Shown here piece after piece: positions 31,174 through 43,212 of a DNA stretch of 64,000 nt. A model generated the notes under the pieces. That model saw nothing but the letters and a program-made list of their open reading frames with translations, ran no database searches and was not told the DNA's origin. The position numbers were made by a program, and so were the translations under genes. Origin of the DNA: Chloroflexota bacterium (GTDB taxonomy: Bacteria; Chloroflexota; UBA11872; VXOZ01). The DNA lies in contig JAAXIC010000014.1 of NCBI GenBank assembly GCA_012270555.1, forward strand, positions 1,200-65,199, read 5' to 3'. Positions within the stretch are counted from its first letter, which is position 1. Every line of letters begins with the position of its first letter.

Positions 31174-32628
31174 ATGGATCGAACACCGGCGACCGCCGAC
31201 ACGGATTCCCCGCGTGAGGCGTGCGGCGTCTTTGGTATTTACGGCCGTGAACTGGACGTTGCGAAACTCACGTACTTTGGCTTGCACGCGCTCCAGCATC
31301 GTGGCCAGGAGAGCGCCGGCATTGCCAGCGCCGACGGCAAGCAGATGCAGGTCTACCGCAAAATGGGCCTTGTCTCCCACGTATTCTCAGAAGAAATACT
31401 GGAAGACTTACAGGGTATCTTGGCAATCGGGCATACCCGGTACTCCACCAAGGGTTCGAGCAGAGAAGACAACTCCCAGCCCATATTCGTAGAGGGGCCG
31501 CTTGGCCCGTTCGCCTTGGCCCACAACGGCAATCTCGTCAATGCCGATCAGTTGTTGGACGATCTGGAAGAATTTGATGTACGCCCGAAGTCCTCAACCG
31601 ATAGCGAGATTGCGGCGTGGCTCATCGCGCTCGCACCGGGGAGTACGTGGCCGGAGAAGCTGCAACACACCCTGCCCCGGTTGGTCGGTTCATACACTTT
31701 TGTAATGGCCACCGCAGACCACGTACTGGCGGCACGGGATCCTTTGGGGAATCGGCCGCTTTGCCTGGGAAACGCCGATGGGTCATGGGTAGTTGCATCC
31801 GAAAGTTGTGCGCTGAATACGGTTGGCGCAGAATTCGTGCGCGAGATAGAGCCGGGAGAGTTGATCTCGGTCGGGGAAGAAGGGCTGCGGTCGTACCGCA
31901 TTCAACCGGTCACAAAGCGGGCGGTCTGCATGTTCGAGTTCATGTATCTTGCGCGACCGGACTCATACATCGAGGATACGTTGCTCTATCACGCGCGTCG
32001 GCAGATGGGCCGGCAGCTCGCGCGTGAACGCCCAACACCGGGCGCGGACTTGGTAATGGGCGTGCCGGAGTGCGCGATTGCCGCCGCGCAGGGATATGCC
32101 GAAGAGAGTGGACTACCCCTACGCGACGGTTTGGTGCGCAACCGCTACATCCACCGGACGTTTATCCAACCCACCGACCAACTGCGGCGTGAGGGCGTGC
32201 TCTTGAAGTACAATCCCATGCCGGAGGTGCTGGAAGGGCAACGCGTCGTTGTGGTGGACGATTCCATCGTGCGCGGCACGAATACGCTGCCGATTGTCAA
32301 GATGCTGCGTCAGGCGGGCGCCACGGAGGTGCACGTACGCATTGCCGCCCCGCCAATCCGTCATCCGTGTTTCTTGGGCGTTGATATGCCGACCCGGGGC
32401 GAAATCATCGCTTCAGCCTTCAATTCGCAAGAAGAAGCCGAACTGGCCGTTGGGAATGCCATACAGGCGGACAGCCTGGGGTACTTGAGCATCGAGGGTA
32501 TCGTGGAGGCAGTCAATCTCCCTTACAATCACTTCTGCCTCGCGTGTTTCAATGGCGATTACCCCGTGCCGGTGCAGATGGAGTTCGACAAGCTCTCCCT
32601 CGAGCAACTCCGAGCGCCGGTATCATGA
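31174..32628 (+). CDS. purF: Amidophosphoribosyltransferase
   Basis: Propeptide then CGVFG, LQHRGQE, GHTRYST, HNGNL, VDDSIVRG; Fe-S Cys present. Confidence 0.97.
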   Translation: MDRTPATADTDSPREACGVFGIYGRELDVAKLTYFGLHALQHRGQESAGIASADGKQMQVYRKMGLVSHVFSEEILEDLQGILAIGHTRYSTKGSSREDNSQPIFVEGPLGPFALAHNGNLVNADQLLDDLEEFDVRPKSSTDSEIAAWLIALAPGSTWPEKLQHTLPRLVGSYTFVMATADHVLAARDPLGNRPLCLGNADGSWVVASESCALNTVGAEFVREIEPGELISVGEEGLRSYRIQPVTKRAVCMFEFMYLARPDSYIEDTLLYHARRQMGRQLARERPTPGADLVMGVPECAIAAAQGYAEESGLPLRDGLVRNRYIHRTFIQPTDQLRREGVLLKYNPMPEVLEGQRVVVVDDSIVRGTNTLPIVKMLRQAGATEVHVRIAAPPIRHPCFLGVDMPTRGEIIASAFNSQEEAELAVGNAIQADSLGYLSIEGIVEAVNLPYNHFCLACFNGDYPVPVQMEFDKLSLEQLRAPVS

Positions 32629-32806
32629 CGGCCGCTGCGGCTACGCGGCTGCTGTGCAGAGTGAGGAATTGGCGTAGCAAACCTCCTAAATCCGTCTGCA
32701 TGAAAGTCGCCTCTTGCGTGTGTAGGTACGATGGATCGCTCATTTCCGGCTGCGGCTTGGATGCGTCTTTCCGCCGGACAGCTTGGTGATTGGCTGGCCT
32801 GATACT

Positions 32807-33838
32807 ATGCGTAACACAGGGCACCCTCCTTCGACCTACCGGCAGGCCGGAGTAGACATCGACGCCGGGGCTGAGGCCGTCCGCCTCTTCAAGGCGCAGG
32901 TGGAGGCCACCCACGGACCGGAGGTGCTCACCGGTATCGGCAGCTTTGGCGGTCTCTTTCAGTTTCCCACGCACTACACTGAACCGGTACTCGTGGCGAG
33001 CACCGATAGCGTAGGCAGCAAAGTGAAGCTTGCGGCACTGCTGGAGCGCTACGATACGGTCGGGCAGGATATCGTCAATCACTGCGTCAACGACATCCTT
33101 ACCTTGGGCGCGCGGCCGCTCTTCTTTCTCGACTACGTAGGCGTGGGGAGGCTGGTGCCTGAAGTCATGCGCGATGTTGTCTCCGGCGCGGCGGAGGCGT
33201 GCAAAGAAGCCGGGTGTGCGCTGCTCGGCGGTGAATTGGCGGAGATGCCGGATCTCTACGCCGGAAGCGACTTCGACTTTGCCGGGACAATCGTAGGGGT
33301 TGTGGAACGAGACCAGATCGTTAGCGGGGAGGACATTGCGCCGGGAGATGCGGTTTTGGCCTTTCCCAGCAACGGCTTGCATACGAATGGGTATTCGCTG
33401 GCGCGCCGTGTCTTTGCCGAAGAATCCCTGGAGGCGCATGTGCCGTCGCTAGGGGTGACGCTGGCGGATGCCTTGCTGGCAGTGCACATTAGTTACTTGC
33501 ATCCCGTGCAGCGTTTGCTCTCCGAACTCGACATAAAGGGCATGGCGCACATTACGGGCGGCGGACTGTGGGACAACATCCCACGAGTCCTGCCGCAGGG
33601 CACCCAGGTGTCCTTGCAATGGGGGGCATGGCCGGTGCCGCCGATCTTCCCGTTCATTCAGGAGCGTGGGGGAGTGGAGTTCGCTGAGATGTGCCGTGTC
33701 TTCAATATGGGGGTCGGCTATGTGGTGATCTGCGGTGAGGACGAGGCGGCGGAAGCGCTGCGCCTCGAACCGTCGCTGCGGCGTATTGGCGGCGTTGAGA
33801 ACTACGCGGGTGATCCGCGTGTGGTCATTGCGCGGTGA
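32807..33838 (+). CDS. purM: Phosphoribosylformylglycinamidine cyclo-ligase
   Basis: YRQAGVDI, GLHTNGYSL, HITGGG, VFNMGVG. Confidence 0.96.
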   Translation: MRNTGHPPSTYRQAGVDIDAGAEAVRLFKAQVEATHGPEVLTGIGSFGGLFQFPTHYTEPVLVASTDSVGSKVKLAALLERYDTVGQDIVNHCVNDILTLGARPLFFLDYVGVGRLVPEVMRDVVSGAAEACKEAGCALLGGELAEMPDLYAGSDFDFAGTIVGVVERDQIVSGEDIAPGDAVLAFPSNGLHTNGYSLARRVFAEESLEAHVPSLGVTLADALLAVHISYLHPVQRLLSELDIKGMAHITGGGLWDNIPRVLPQGTQVSLQWGAWPVPPIFPFIQERGGVEFAEMCRVFNMGVGYVVICGEDEAAEALRLEPSLRRIGGVENYAGDPRVVIAR

Positions 33839-33869
33839 CGTTTAGCAGTAGAGAGGCTGTGGGTCGAAT

Positions 33870-34532
33870 TTGGATGCGGAGGCCGCCCTGCGTGTAGCAG
33901 TGCTCATATCGGGACGAGGCAGCAACTTGCAAGCGCTCATCGACGCGATCGCTGGCGGGAGCCTCGCTGCCGAGATTGCTGTCGTCATTTGCAACCACAA
34001 GAACGCGCCGGGCATTCAGAGGGCGCGCGCGGCCGGTATCGCTGCCTATGTCTTTGTGCGGCGCGACTATGAGTCCCGCGAGGCACAGCATGGGGCAATG
34101 TTGGCTTGCGCGCAGGAGCATGACGCAGAACTGATTGTCCTTGGCGGCTTTGATCGTATCCTTGCGCGGGCGTGGGTAGAGGCCTATCCGAATCGGATCA
34201 TCAACATTCACCCGTCGTTGCTGCCGGCCTTTGCGGGTGGGATGAATCCCAAACCGCAGCAGGATGCCCTGGAGGCTGGCGTGAAGATTGCTGGATGCAC
34301 TGTGCACATTGCCACCGCTGAGGTGGACGCCGGTCCAATCGTGGCGCAGGCCGCGGTGCCCGTGCTGGCGGATGATACCGTTGACACCCTTGCGAACCGC
34401 ATCTTGGCGCAAGAACATCGGCTGCTGCCTCAGGTCGTGCAATGGTTTGCGGAAGGCAGAGTACGCGTCGAAAATGACAGTGTGCGAATTGCCGGCGTGA
34501 TTCCATCTCGCTGGTGGAGTGACGCGGAGTGA
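33870..34532 (+). CDS. purN: Phosphoribosylglycinamide formyltransferase
   Basis: SGRGSNLQA, NIHPSLLP, GCTVH, DAGPI, EH. Confidence 0.96.
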   Translation: MDAEAALRVAVLISGRGSNLQALIDAIAGGSLAAEIAVVICNHKNAPGIQRARAAGIAAYVFVRRDYESREAQHGAMLACAQEHDAELIVLGGFDRILARAWVEAYPNRIINIHPSLLPAFAGGMNPKPQQDALEAGVKIAGCTVHIATAEVDAGPIVAQAAVPVLADDTVDTLANRILAQEHRLLPQVVQWFAEGRVRVENDSVRIAGVIPSRWWSDAE

Positions 34533-35170
34533 GCGACACGCAAGGGGAAGAGAGTGTAGTGATTACTGAGCGGAGCATTCATGCGTACTTAGAAGACCTA
34601 GCTGCCCGCGAACCGACCCCCGGGGGCGGCAGTGTGGCTGCGCTAGTCGGAGCCCTTGCCGCGGGTCTGGCTGCCATGGTTGCCAACTTCACTCGGGGGA
34701 GTAAGAAGTACGCGGCAGTCGCTCCCGAGGTCGAGCATCGGCTCGCACAGTTGGGCCACTCTCTGCAAACCCTAGAGGAATTGGTGCAGAAAGACATCGA
34801 TGCGTACGGTGCCGTGGGGGTGGGATTTGCCATGCCACGCGGCACCGCTGCCGAGCGCTCGACGCGATCCAGCCACATTCAGCGGGCTTCAGTTGCAGCC
34901 ACGGAGGTGCTCTTCGAAATTGCCGACGCGTGTACTGACGTCAGCGGGCATGCCATGTGGCTTGCCAAGCACGGCAACACAAACCTTGTCTCAGACGCTG
35001 TGATGGCAGTACTCTTGACGGACGCTGCGCTACGGGGGACAGTCGTTACGATCGAGTCTAGCCTGAGTTTTCTCAAGGACGCCAATGTGGTCGCGGCGAT
35101 GCGCGATCGTCTTGTGGCCTATGAAAGAGTGTCAAGAATACGTGAGGAGGCCCTGTCGCTTACTCGGTAG
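34529..35170 (+). CDS. fchA: Cyclodeaminase/cyclohydrolase family protein (FchA-like methenyl-THF cyclohydrolase)
   Basis: PTPGGGSVAAL and GN.NLVSD motifs; lies between purN and folD. Confidence 0.8.
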   Translation: MSDTQGEESVVITERSIHAYLEDLAAREPTPGGGSVAALVGALAAGLAAMVANFTRGSKKYAAVAPEVEHRLAQLGHSLQTLEELVQKDIDAYGAVGVGFAMPRGTAAERSTRSSHIQRASVAATEVLFEIADACTDVSGHAMWLAKHGNTNLVSDAVMAVLLTDAALRGTVVTIESSLSFLKDANVVAAMRDRLVAYERVSRIREEALSLTR

Positions 35171-35299
35171 CATGGGGTCGGCGACTGTTGGTTGAAAGTG
35201 ATCCCACCGGACTGAGTGACATGGTAGCTGGCCGTACTTGTCGCGTTCATTGAATCGGAGGCGACACGCACGGAGAAACACGGAAGGGGTTGGAAAGTA

Positions 35300-37476
<2,177 letters not shown>

Positions 37477-37582
37477 GCGCACAAGACTGAATTCCGGCAT
37501 GATTGCGGTTGCTTGCAGATCCAGAGGGGATCTTTTGCGACTCCGCCAAGCGGTTAGATTCGAGGTGGATCGTCGATGATTT

Positions 37583-37691
37583 CCCCTCACCCCGTCCCTC
37601 TCCCGCGTGAGAGTGTGCAGAATGTGGAGCCAAGTGAACGCGGAGCAGCTCCGGTTCCCTCTCCTGCGGGGAGAGGGTTAGGGTGAGGGGG
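37583..37691. repeat. Family A repeats as an inverted pair downstream of eno
   Basis: CCCCTCACCCCGTCCCTCTCCC ... GGGGAGAGGGTTAGGGTGAGGGG. Confidence 0.8.
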
Positions 37692-37948
37692 TCTTTGCGT
37701 CTGCCAGCCTGAGTTATGCAAAGGTCTCCAGGTGGGTGTTTTTGGTCGCGTAACGGTGTACGTGTGCCCTATAGCGAGCATGCTGTCGCCAAAGTCCCCT
37801 CGGTCGCCTACATCGTCACTGGTTTGACGGTCTGCTTCTCTGCGACAAGACCACCTACGCTACAATAGTCGTTGGGTTGAGCGACGAAGAGTTCATCTGC
37901 CCGTACTTGCATTGGAGATTGCGGGCCGCGGAGATTTTACCGGCCTCA

Positions 37949-38725
37949 ATGGACACGAATACACTGCGCGAGCTGCTAGCGGAATTGCAGCGCGGCGCGA
38001 TAGACATCGAGCAGGTGGTACGCCGCATACGCTTGGCGCCCTACGAGGACCTCGGCTTTGCCAAGGTGGACGCGCAACGGCAATTGCGGGTCGGTTTCCC
38101 GGAGGTGATCTACTGTCCCGGGAAGACCGCGGCACAGGTCACCGCCATTGCCGAGGAGCTACTGGCCCACGATCAAACCGTGCTAGCCACGCGCGCGACA
38201 CCGGAACTCTACGCGGCGTTGCAAGCGCGCATCCCGGCTGCCGAATACCATGAGGACGCCCGCGCCATCGTCGTCCGCCGTGAGACACGCCGCCTTGCGC
38301 AGGGGCGCGTAGCGGTGGTCGCGGCGGGCACCGCCGACTTGCCGGTGGCGGCAGAGGCCAGCTTAACGGCGGAACTTATGGGGTGCCGCGTGGATCGTCT
38401 GACAGACGTGGGTGTGGCCGGCCTGCACCGACTTTTGCTGAATCTGGAAACGGTGCAGCAGGCGCGCGCCGTGGTTGCCGTGGCCGGCATGGAGGGTGCG
38501 CTGCCGAGTGTACTTGCCGGTCTCATCGATCGTCCCGTTATAGCGGTGCCGACGAGCGTCGGTTACGGCGCATCCTTGGGCGGTCTGACGCCCCTCCTCA
38601 CAATGCTAAATAGCTGTGCCGCCGGGCTGGCTGTGGTCAACATTGACAACGGATTTGGCGCCGGCTACGTGGCGGGTCTGATTTGCCGCATGGCGGAAAG
38701 CAGTGACACACAGGTAGCGCCATGA
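37949..38725 (+). CDS. larB: Nickel pincer cofactor biosynthesis protein LarB
   Basis: GFPEVIY..GK, AGTAD, DVGVAGLHRL, AGMEGAL, PTSVGYG, NSCA, VVNIDNGFGA. Confidence 0.93.
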   Translation: MDTNTLRELLAELQRGAIDIEQVVRRIRLAPYEDLGFAKVDAQRQLRVGFPEVIYCPGKTAAQVTAIAEELLAHDQTVLATRATPELYAALQARIPAAEYHEDARAIVVRRETRRLAQGRVAVVAAGTADLPVAAEASLTAELMGCRVDRLTDVGVAGLHRLLLNLETVQQARAVVAVAGMEGALPSVLAGLIDRPVIAVPTSVGYGASLGGLTPLLTMLNSCAAGLAVVNIDNGFGAGYVAGLICRMAESSDTQVAP

Positions 38726-39888
38726 GAGTCGCGTATTTCGACTGCTTTGCCGGCGCTTCCGGCGACATGCTGCTTGGCGCTCTGGTAGATGACGGGTGGG
38801 CGCTGGATGACCTCAAGGCGACGTTTGCCAAGATTCCGCTCGGCGGCTATGCGGTTCGCGCGGAAGAAGTGCGCAAGGGTCTGCTCCGCGCCTTGCAGGT
38901 GCATATCGAGATCGACGCCGACGAGCATACGGTGGAGCGAAACCTTGCAGACATCGTGCAGTTGCTCGAGGCAAGCAGCCTGGATGAGGACATTGCCGCT
39001 ACGAGTAGGAAGCTCTTTGTCCGGTTGGCGGAAGTCGAGGGCCGCATGCACGGCGTGGCGCCGGAAGCCGTGCACTTCCATGAAGTCGGCGCGGTTGACT
39101 CTATCCTCGACGTCGTCGGCGTGGTTGCGGGACTAAAGGCGCTTGGCATCGAGCGTGTTGTTTGCTCGCCTGTGAACGTTGGCGGCAGCCCGCCCATTCA
39201 GACCCGCCACGGCTGGTGGCCGATCCCGGGCCCGGCGACGCTCGATCTGATGAAGGGTAAGCCCATCTATGCCGTGCCGGACATGGGCGAGACGCTCACG
39301 CCCACCGGCGCGCTCTTGCTGAGCGAATTGGCGGACGAGTTTGGTCCCATCCCGGCCATGCACGTGGAACGCGTGGGTTACGGTGCCGGCATGCGCGATA
39401 GCGCTATCCCCAATGTGCTGAGGATGATCGTGGGAGAGGAGTCTGCCGGGGAGACGCAGGGCATGGCAACCGTCATCGAAACCACGATCGACGACATGAA
39501 CCCACAGTTGTACGGGCACGTAACCGCACAGTTGCTTGCAGCCGGGGCGCTGGATGTGACGCTGACCCCGGTGCAAATGAAGAAGGGCAGGCCCGGCCAC
39601 GTGCTCAGTGTGCTGACAGAGGCCGCAGACCACGGACCCCTGCTGGACGTGATCTTTGGCGAAACGACGACCATTGGCGTACGGCTGCATCGCGTCGAGC
39701 GCATCAAGCTGGAGCGGCAGGTTGAGCACGTGGCAACGCCGTGGGGCTCGGTGCGCAGAAAAGTGGCGCACTGGCGCGGCACGGTTGTGAATCGCAGCCC
39801 TGAGTACGAGGACTGCTTGCGGGTCGCCACGGCGGCACGGGTGCCGGTCAAGCAGGTCATGGATTACGCGCGTACGGCCTCCGTATAA
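38722..39888 (+). CDS. larC: Nickel pincer cofactor biosynthesis protein LarC
   Basis: DCFAGASGDM, HFHEVGAVDS, TPTGA, ETTIDD, MKKGRPG, ETTTIG, PEYED. Confidence 0.93.
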   Translation: MRVAYFDCFAGASGDMLLGALVDDGWALDDLKATFAKIPLGGYAVRAEEVRKGLLRALQVHIEIDADEHTVERNLADIVQLLEASSLDEDIAATSRKLFVRLAEVEGRMHGVAPEAVHFHEVGAVDSILDVVGVVAGLKALGIERVVCSPVNVGGSPPIQTRHGWWPIPGPATLDLMKGKPIYAVPDMGETLTPTGALLLSELADEFGPIPAMHVERVGYGAGMRDSAIPNVLRMIVGEESAGETQGMATVIETTIDDMNPQLYGHVTAQLLAAGALDVTLTPVQMKKGRPGHVLSVLTEAADHGPLLDVIFGETTTIGVRLHRVERIKLERQVEHVATPWGSVRRKVAHWRGTVVNRSPEYEDCLRVATAARVPVKQVMDYARTASV

Positions 39889-39999
39889 GTGCGCTCATTT
39901 GCTCTTTGTACGGGGCTGCTATCATAGACTATGAGGGGTATGTGGGGTAAGGGGCCGGAGTGTTGTGACAAGAGATTCAAGCGAGAAGAAGAGGTGCCG

Positions 40000-40503
40000 A
40001 TGATGGGGTCTTCTGAGGTGCGGCCGGAGCAGATGCCGGTGGGCAATGACGTTTCGGAAGACGTTTCTCAAGAAGCAGTAGACAACGGCGGGCAAAGCGC
40101 TGTTGGAGACGCTACGGACGTGGACGAGCGTTTTCAGATCACGAACAGTCTTGTGCGGCACGTGGTCGCGGACGACATCGATATGCAGAATACCGCTGCC
40201 GGGGTCGTGCAAGCGGAGGCCGCCTCACTGCAGCAGGGGCTCACCGGTATCGCTGCCGGCCATGAAGTCAGCGTGACAGAGGGGGCCACGTGGCTGGTGC
40301 TGGGCGGCAGCGTGGATACGAATTACTCCGTGTCACAATGGATCGTCGGCGGACAGATCGAGGCGGAACAGGTGGCAAGCGTGGTGGTGGTTGGCGGACG
40401 AGTGAATGGCAACGTCAACACGCTCCTCGATACCCGCGGCGCGGCCATCTGCGGACTCGTCATCGGCCTCTGCTATATCCTCTTCCGTCTCATCCGTCGT
40501 TAA
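40000..40503 (+). CDS. Hypothetical protein with beta-helix-like small-residue repeats and a C-terminal TM anchor
   Basis: GAGG RBS; regular V/A/G pattern; hydrophobic C-terminus ending RLIRR. Confidence 0.55.
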   Translation: MMGSSEVRPEQMPVGNDVSEDVSQEAVDNGGQSAVGDATDVDERFQITNSLVRHVVADDIDMQNTAAGVVQAEAASLQQGLTGIAAGHEVSVTEGATWLVLGGSVDTNYSVSQWIVGGQIEAEQVASVVVVGGRVNGNVNTLLDTRGAAICGLVIGLCYILFRLIRR

Positions 40504-40594
40504 CTACTGTAGGAGACATTTGCACAAGCAGGCGTAAAGACCTCCCTCTCCCTGGAATACCCTTGTATGTCCCAGGGGCTGAAGGCGAAAGGCT

Positions 40595-40627
40595 TCCTCT
40601 CCTTGGGGAGAGGGCCGGGGTGAGGGG
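40595..40627. repeat. Family A palindromic repeat
   Basis: TCCTCTCCTTGGGGAGAGGGCCGGGGTGAGGGG. Confidence 0.75.
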
Positions 40628-40705
40628 AAAGCGTCACCGCTCCAGCCCAATGCCCACTGTTTGGCAGAGTTGCGCAAAGGTCTCTACGGAGAGGTTGGTA
40701 CGTTC

Positions 40706-41449
40706 ATGCAGCTAACGGAGACTGTGTACTTAGTTGGCAGCGGTCAGAATGGCTTCAGCCTCACCGACCCCTTGGACTGCCACGTCTACCTCCTGGACGG
40801 AGGATCGGAAATGGCCCTTATCGATACCGGTGTGGGCAGAGACGTGCCGGCCATAGTTGCGGAGATCGAGGCGGCGGGTTTCGACCCTGGCGACATTGCA
40901 AAGATCTTCATTACGCACTTGCACCTCGATCACTCCGGCGGCGCGGCGGCATTGCAGCAAGTGTGTGGCGCTGAAATTGTTGCTTCTCAAGACGTGGCGG
41001 GCTGGCTTGAGACTGGTGACGAAGAGGCCGCGAGCCTGGTTGCCGCCCGGCAGACCGGCATGTATCCGTTGGAAAACCGCCTGCGGCCGGTGGCGTCCGC
41101 GACGGCTGCTACGGCCGGCGACGTGATTGCCGTGGGCTCCCTCAGGGTAACGGTAGTGAAGGCCGACGGGCACAGCCAGGGCCACCTGGCATTCCTCTTG
41201 GATGATGGTACGCGCCGCGCCCTCTTCAGCGGCGACGCCCTCTTCTTTGGCGGACGCATTCTGCTGCAAAACATCTGGGATTGCTCGCTGGAGGAGTCCA
41301 TCGCCACCGTCCGGCGCTTTGCCAAGCAGGAGTTCTCACAATTCTTCCCCGGCCACGGGAGCTTTTCGTTCCAGGACGGCAAGCGTCACGTGGACGCCGC
41401 CATGGTGCAAATCAAGCAACTCCTTCCCCCGCCGCAGCTTGAAACGTAG
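40706..41449 (+). CDS. MBL-fold metallo-hydrolase
   Basis: LIDTG, THLHLDHSGG, GHS.GH, SGD, PGHG. Confidence 0.9.
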   Translation: MQLTETVYLVGSGQNGFSLTDPLDCHVYLLDGGSEMALIDTGVGRDVPAIVAEIEAAGFDPGDIAKIFITHLHLDHSGGAAALQQVCGAEIVASQDVAGWLETGDEEAASLVAARQTGMYPLENRLRPVASATAATAGDVIAVGSLRVTVVKADGHSQGHLAFLLDDGTRRALFSGDALFFGGRILLQNIWDCSLEESIATVRRFAKQEFSQFFPGHGSFSFQDGKRHVDAAMVQIKQLLPPPQLET

Positions 41450-41726
41450 GCTGCGATTTCTCGCATTCCAGCACGTTTGCATTGGCAAATAGGGGCTTCG
41501 GGTACAGTTCTTCACCCGGAGCCCCCGAACTTTCCGTTAATCACACCTATGCGGAAGACTTCTCAATACTTTCCTTCCGGCTGCATACCACATTCTTAGT
41601 GAAATTTCAGGATTCGTTAACATATCCGCTGCTACCATATAGCCAAGAGGACCTACTGCGGCCCAAGAGAGACTGCCAATAGACGGGGCACTGCGGAAAC
41701 AGTCACCGGCAACGGGGAGCGGCACC

Positions 41727-42404
41727 ATGCATCTCCTGTTGAGTGAAGATAACGCGCCAGTCGGAGAGGCGCTCAAGCACCTGCTACAGCATACGGGCTT
41801 CGTGGTCGATTGTACTTCGCTGCGTGACTGCGAGGCGTTCGCCGAAAGCGGCGCGTATGACCTCGTGATCCTTGACTACGGCGCGGAGCCCGCGCGCGGC
41901 TTGGCGCTGCTCCAAGAACTACGGCATGCGGATGATGCCGTGCCAGTGCTGGTCGTCGGCATGCGCGGCGGGATGGAGGATTGTGTTCGTTTGCTGGAGG
42001 CGGGGGCGGATGGCTATTTGGCCTCGCCGTTTCGGCAGAAGGAACTTGTGGCCTACGCGCGGGCCGTGCTGCGGCGTTGCTGCGGCTTTCCCCAGCACGG
42101 AGAGCTGCTGCGCAGCGCTGATCTGGCGCTGGACCTGTGGCATCAACGCGCCACCCGCGCGGGACAGCCACTTACACTGACATTCAGGGAATTCCAGTTG
42201 CTGGAGTACCTGTTGCGCCGCGCCGGCAACGTATGCACCCGCGCTGAATTGCTTGATCACGTCTGGGGCCTGGAGAAAGCCCGCAGCGAAAACGTGGTTG
42301 AGGCATACATCGGATTCTTGCGCCGCAAGATCGACCGCGGCTTTGCGCCCAAGCTCATTCACACGGTACACGGGATGGGGTACGTGCTGGCTGTGCAAAG
42401 TTGA
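41727..42404 (+). CDS. OmpR/PhoB family response regulator with an atypical receiver domain
   Basis: YDLVILD receiver; winged helix LTFREFQLL..NVVEAYI..LRRKI..IHTVHGMGY. Confidence 0.9.
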   Translation: MHLLLSEDNAPVGEALKHLLQHTGFVVDCTSLRDCEAFAESGAYDLVILDYGAEPARGLALLQELRHADDAVPVLVVGMRGGMEDCVRLLEAGADGYLASPFRQKELVAYARAVLRRCCGFPQHGELLRSADLALDLWHQRATRAGQPLTLTFREFQLLEYLLRRAGNVCTRAELLDHVWGLEKARSENVVEAYIGFLRRKIDRGFAPKLIHTVHGMGYVLAVQS

Positions 42405-42458
42405 AGGCGGCACGGATATTGGCAAGAGCCGTCACTACGATGGCAAGGAGGCTGACCG

Positions 42459-43004
42459 ATGGAAGCAATTGGCGTAACGCTGTTGCTGCAACTGCTGGCG
42501 GGCGGTATCTTCCTCCTGGCTGCCGCCGCCAAGCTGCTGCACTTGGCTGAGTTCAGAGCCGCGGTGCACGGGTTTGGCGTAGTGCCTTTCGGCGCGCTCC
42601 CGCTCGTGAGCGGCGCAATCCCTCTGTTGGAACTCCTCTGCGGCACCTTGCTCATCACCGGCCTGGCTGCGGTGTGGGGCGTGTGGTTGGGCATTGGCCT
42701 CGTCATTACTTTCATCGCCGCGTCGACCATCGCCTTGGCGCAGGGTCGGGGCGGGACTGAATGCTACTGCTTGGGCGCGGGCGGTCAACCGCTGGGCAAA
42801 GCCACCATCATCAAACAGGTCGCCATTCTCGCGATACTCGTTTTCCTTGCGCCCACGGCCGGGTCTACCTGGTTCCTGGATAGCGGGTTTACTGCCGACG
42901 TAAGCGGCGTGGCCGGAACTGCGGTGTTCGTGGCCGGCGCTTGGGCGGTCGCCTTCGTCGTAGCCGAACTGCTGCGGCTGCGCACGCTTTCACAATCACG
43001 CTGA
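42459..43004 (+). CDS. MauE/DoxX family membrane protein
   Basis: About 5 TM segments; F..AAAAKL, PLLE and CxC motif (GRGGTECYCLG) as in MauE; AAGGAGG RBS. Confidence 0.85.
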   Translation: MEAIGVTLLLQLLAGGIFLLAAAAKLLHLAEFRAAVHGFGVVPFGALPLVSGAIPLLELLCGTLLITGLAAVWGVWLGIGLVITFIAASTIALAQGRGGTECYCLGAGGQPLGKATIIKQVAILAILVFLAPTAGSTWFLDSGFTADVSGVAGTAVFVAGAWAVAFVVAELLRLRTLSQSR

Positions 43005-43019
43005 GGAAAAGACAATCCG

Positions 43020-43180
43020 TCATTTCCGTGAAAACTCGCCCCCGTGCGGGGGCGCGGAATCCATCTTCACAAGAGTAGCGCGGGGGCTTGTCCCCCGCAG
43101 TGGGAGCAAACAGACCGTCATTCCGGCGGAAGCCGGAATCCAGGAAGGGTAGGTAGCGTAGGTTTGTAACCTGCGCCACG
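43020..43180. repeat. Composite REP-like cluster between the mauE-like and mauD-like genes
   Basis: 43075-43095 is the exact reverse complement of 16671-16691; 43116-43143 is family C; GTAGCGTAGGTTTGTAACC resembles the hairpin at about 16517. Confidence 0.8.
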
Positions 43181-43212
43181 TGGTTTCCGGTGAGAACAGA
43201 AAGGAGCAAGTC

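Noticed and set aside
35171-35299. ZTP (pfl) riboswitch before folD
   Set aside because: Only loose similarity (GGGTCGGCGACTG..CCACCGG); the 3' GCCTGGGC pseudoknot element is absent. An Rfam scan would settle it
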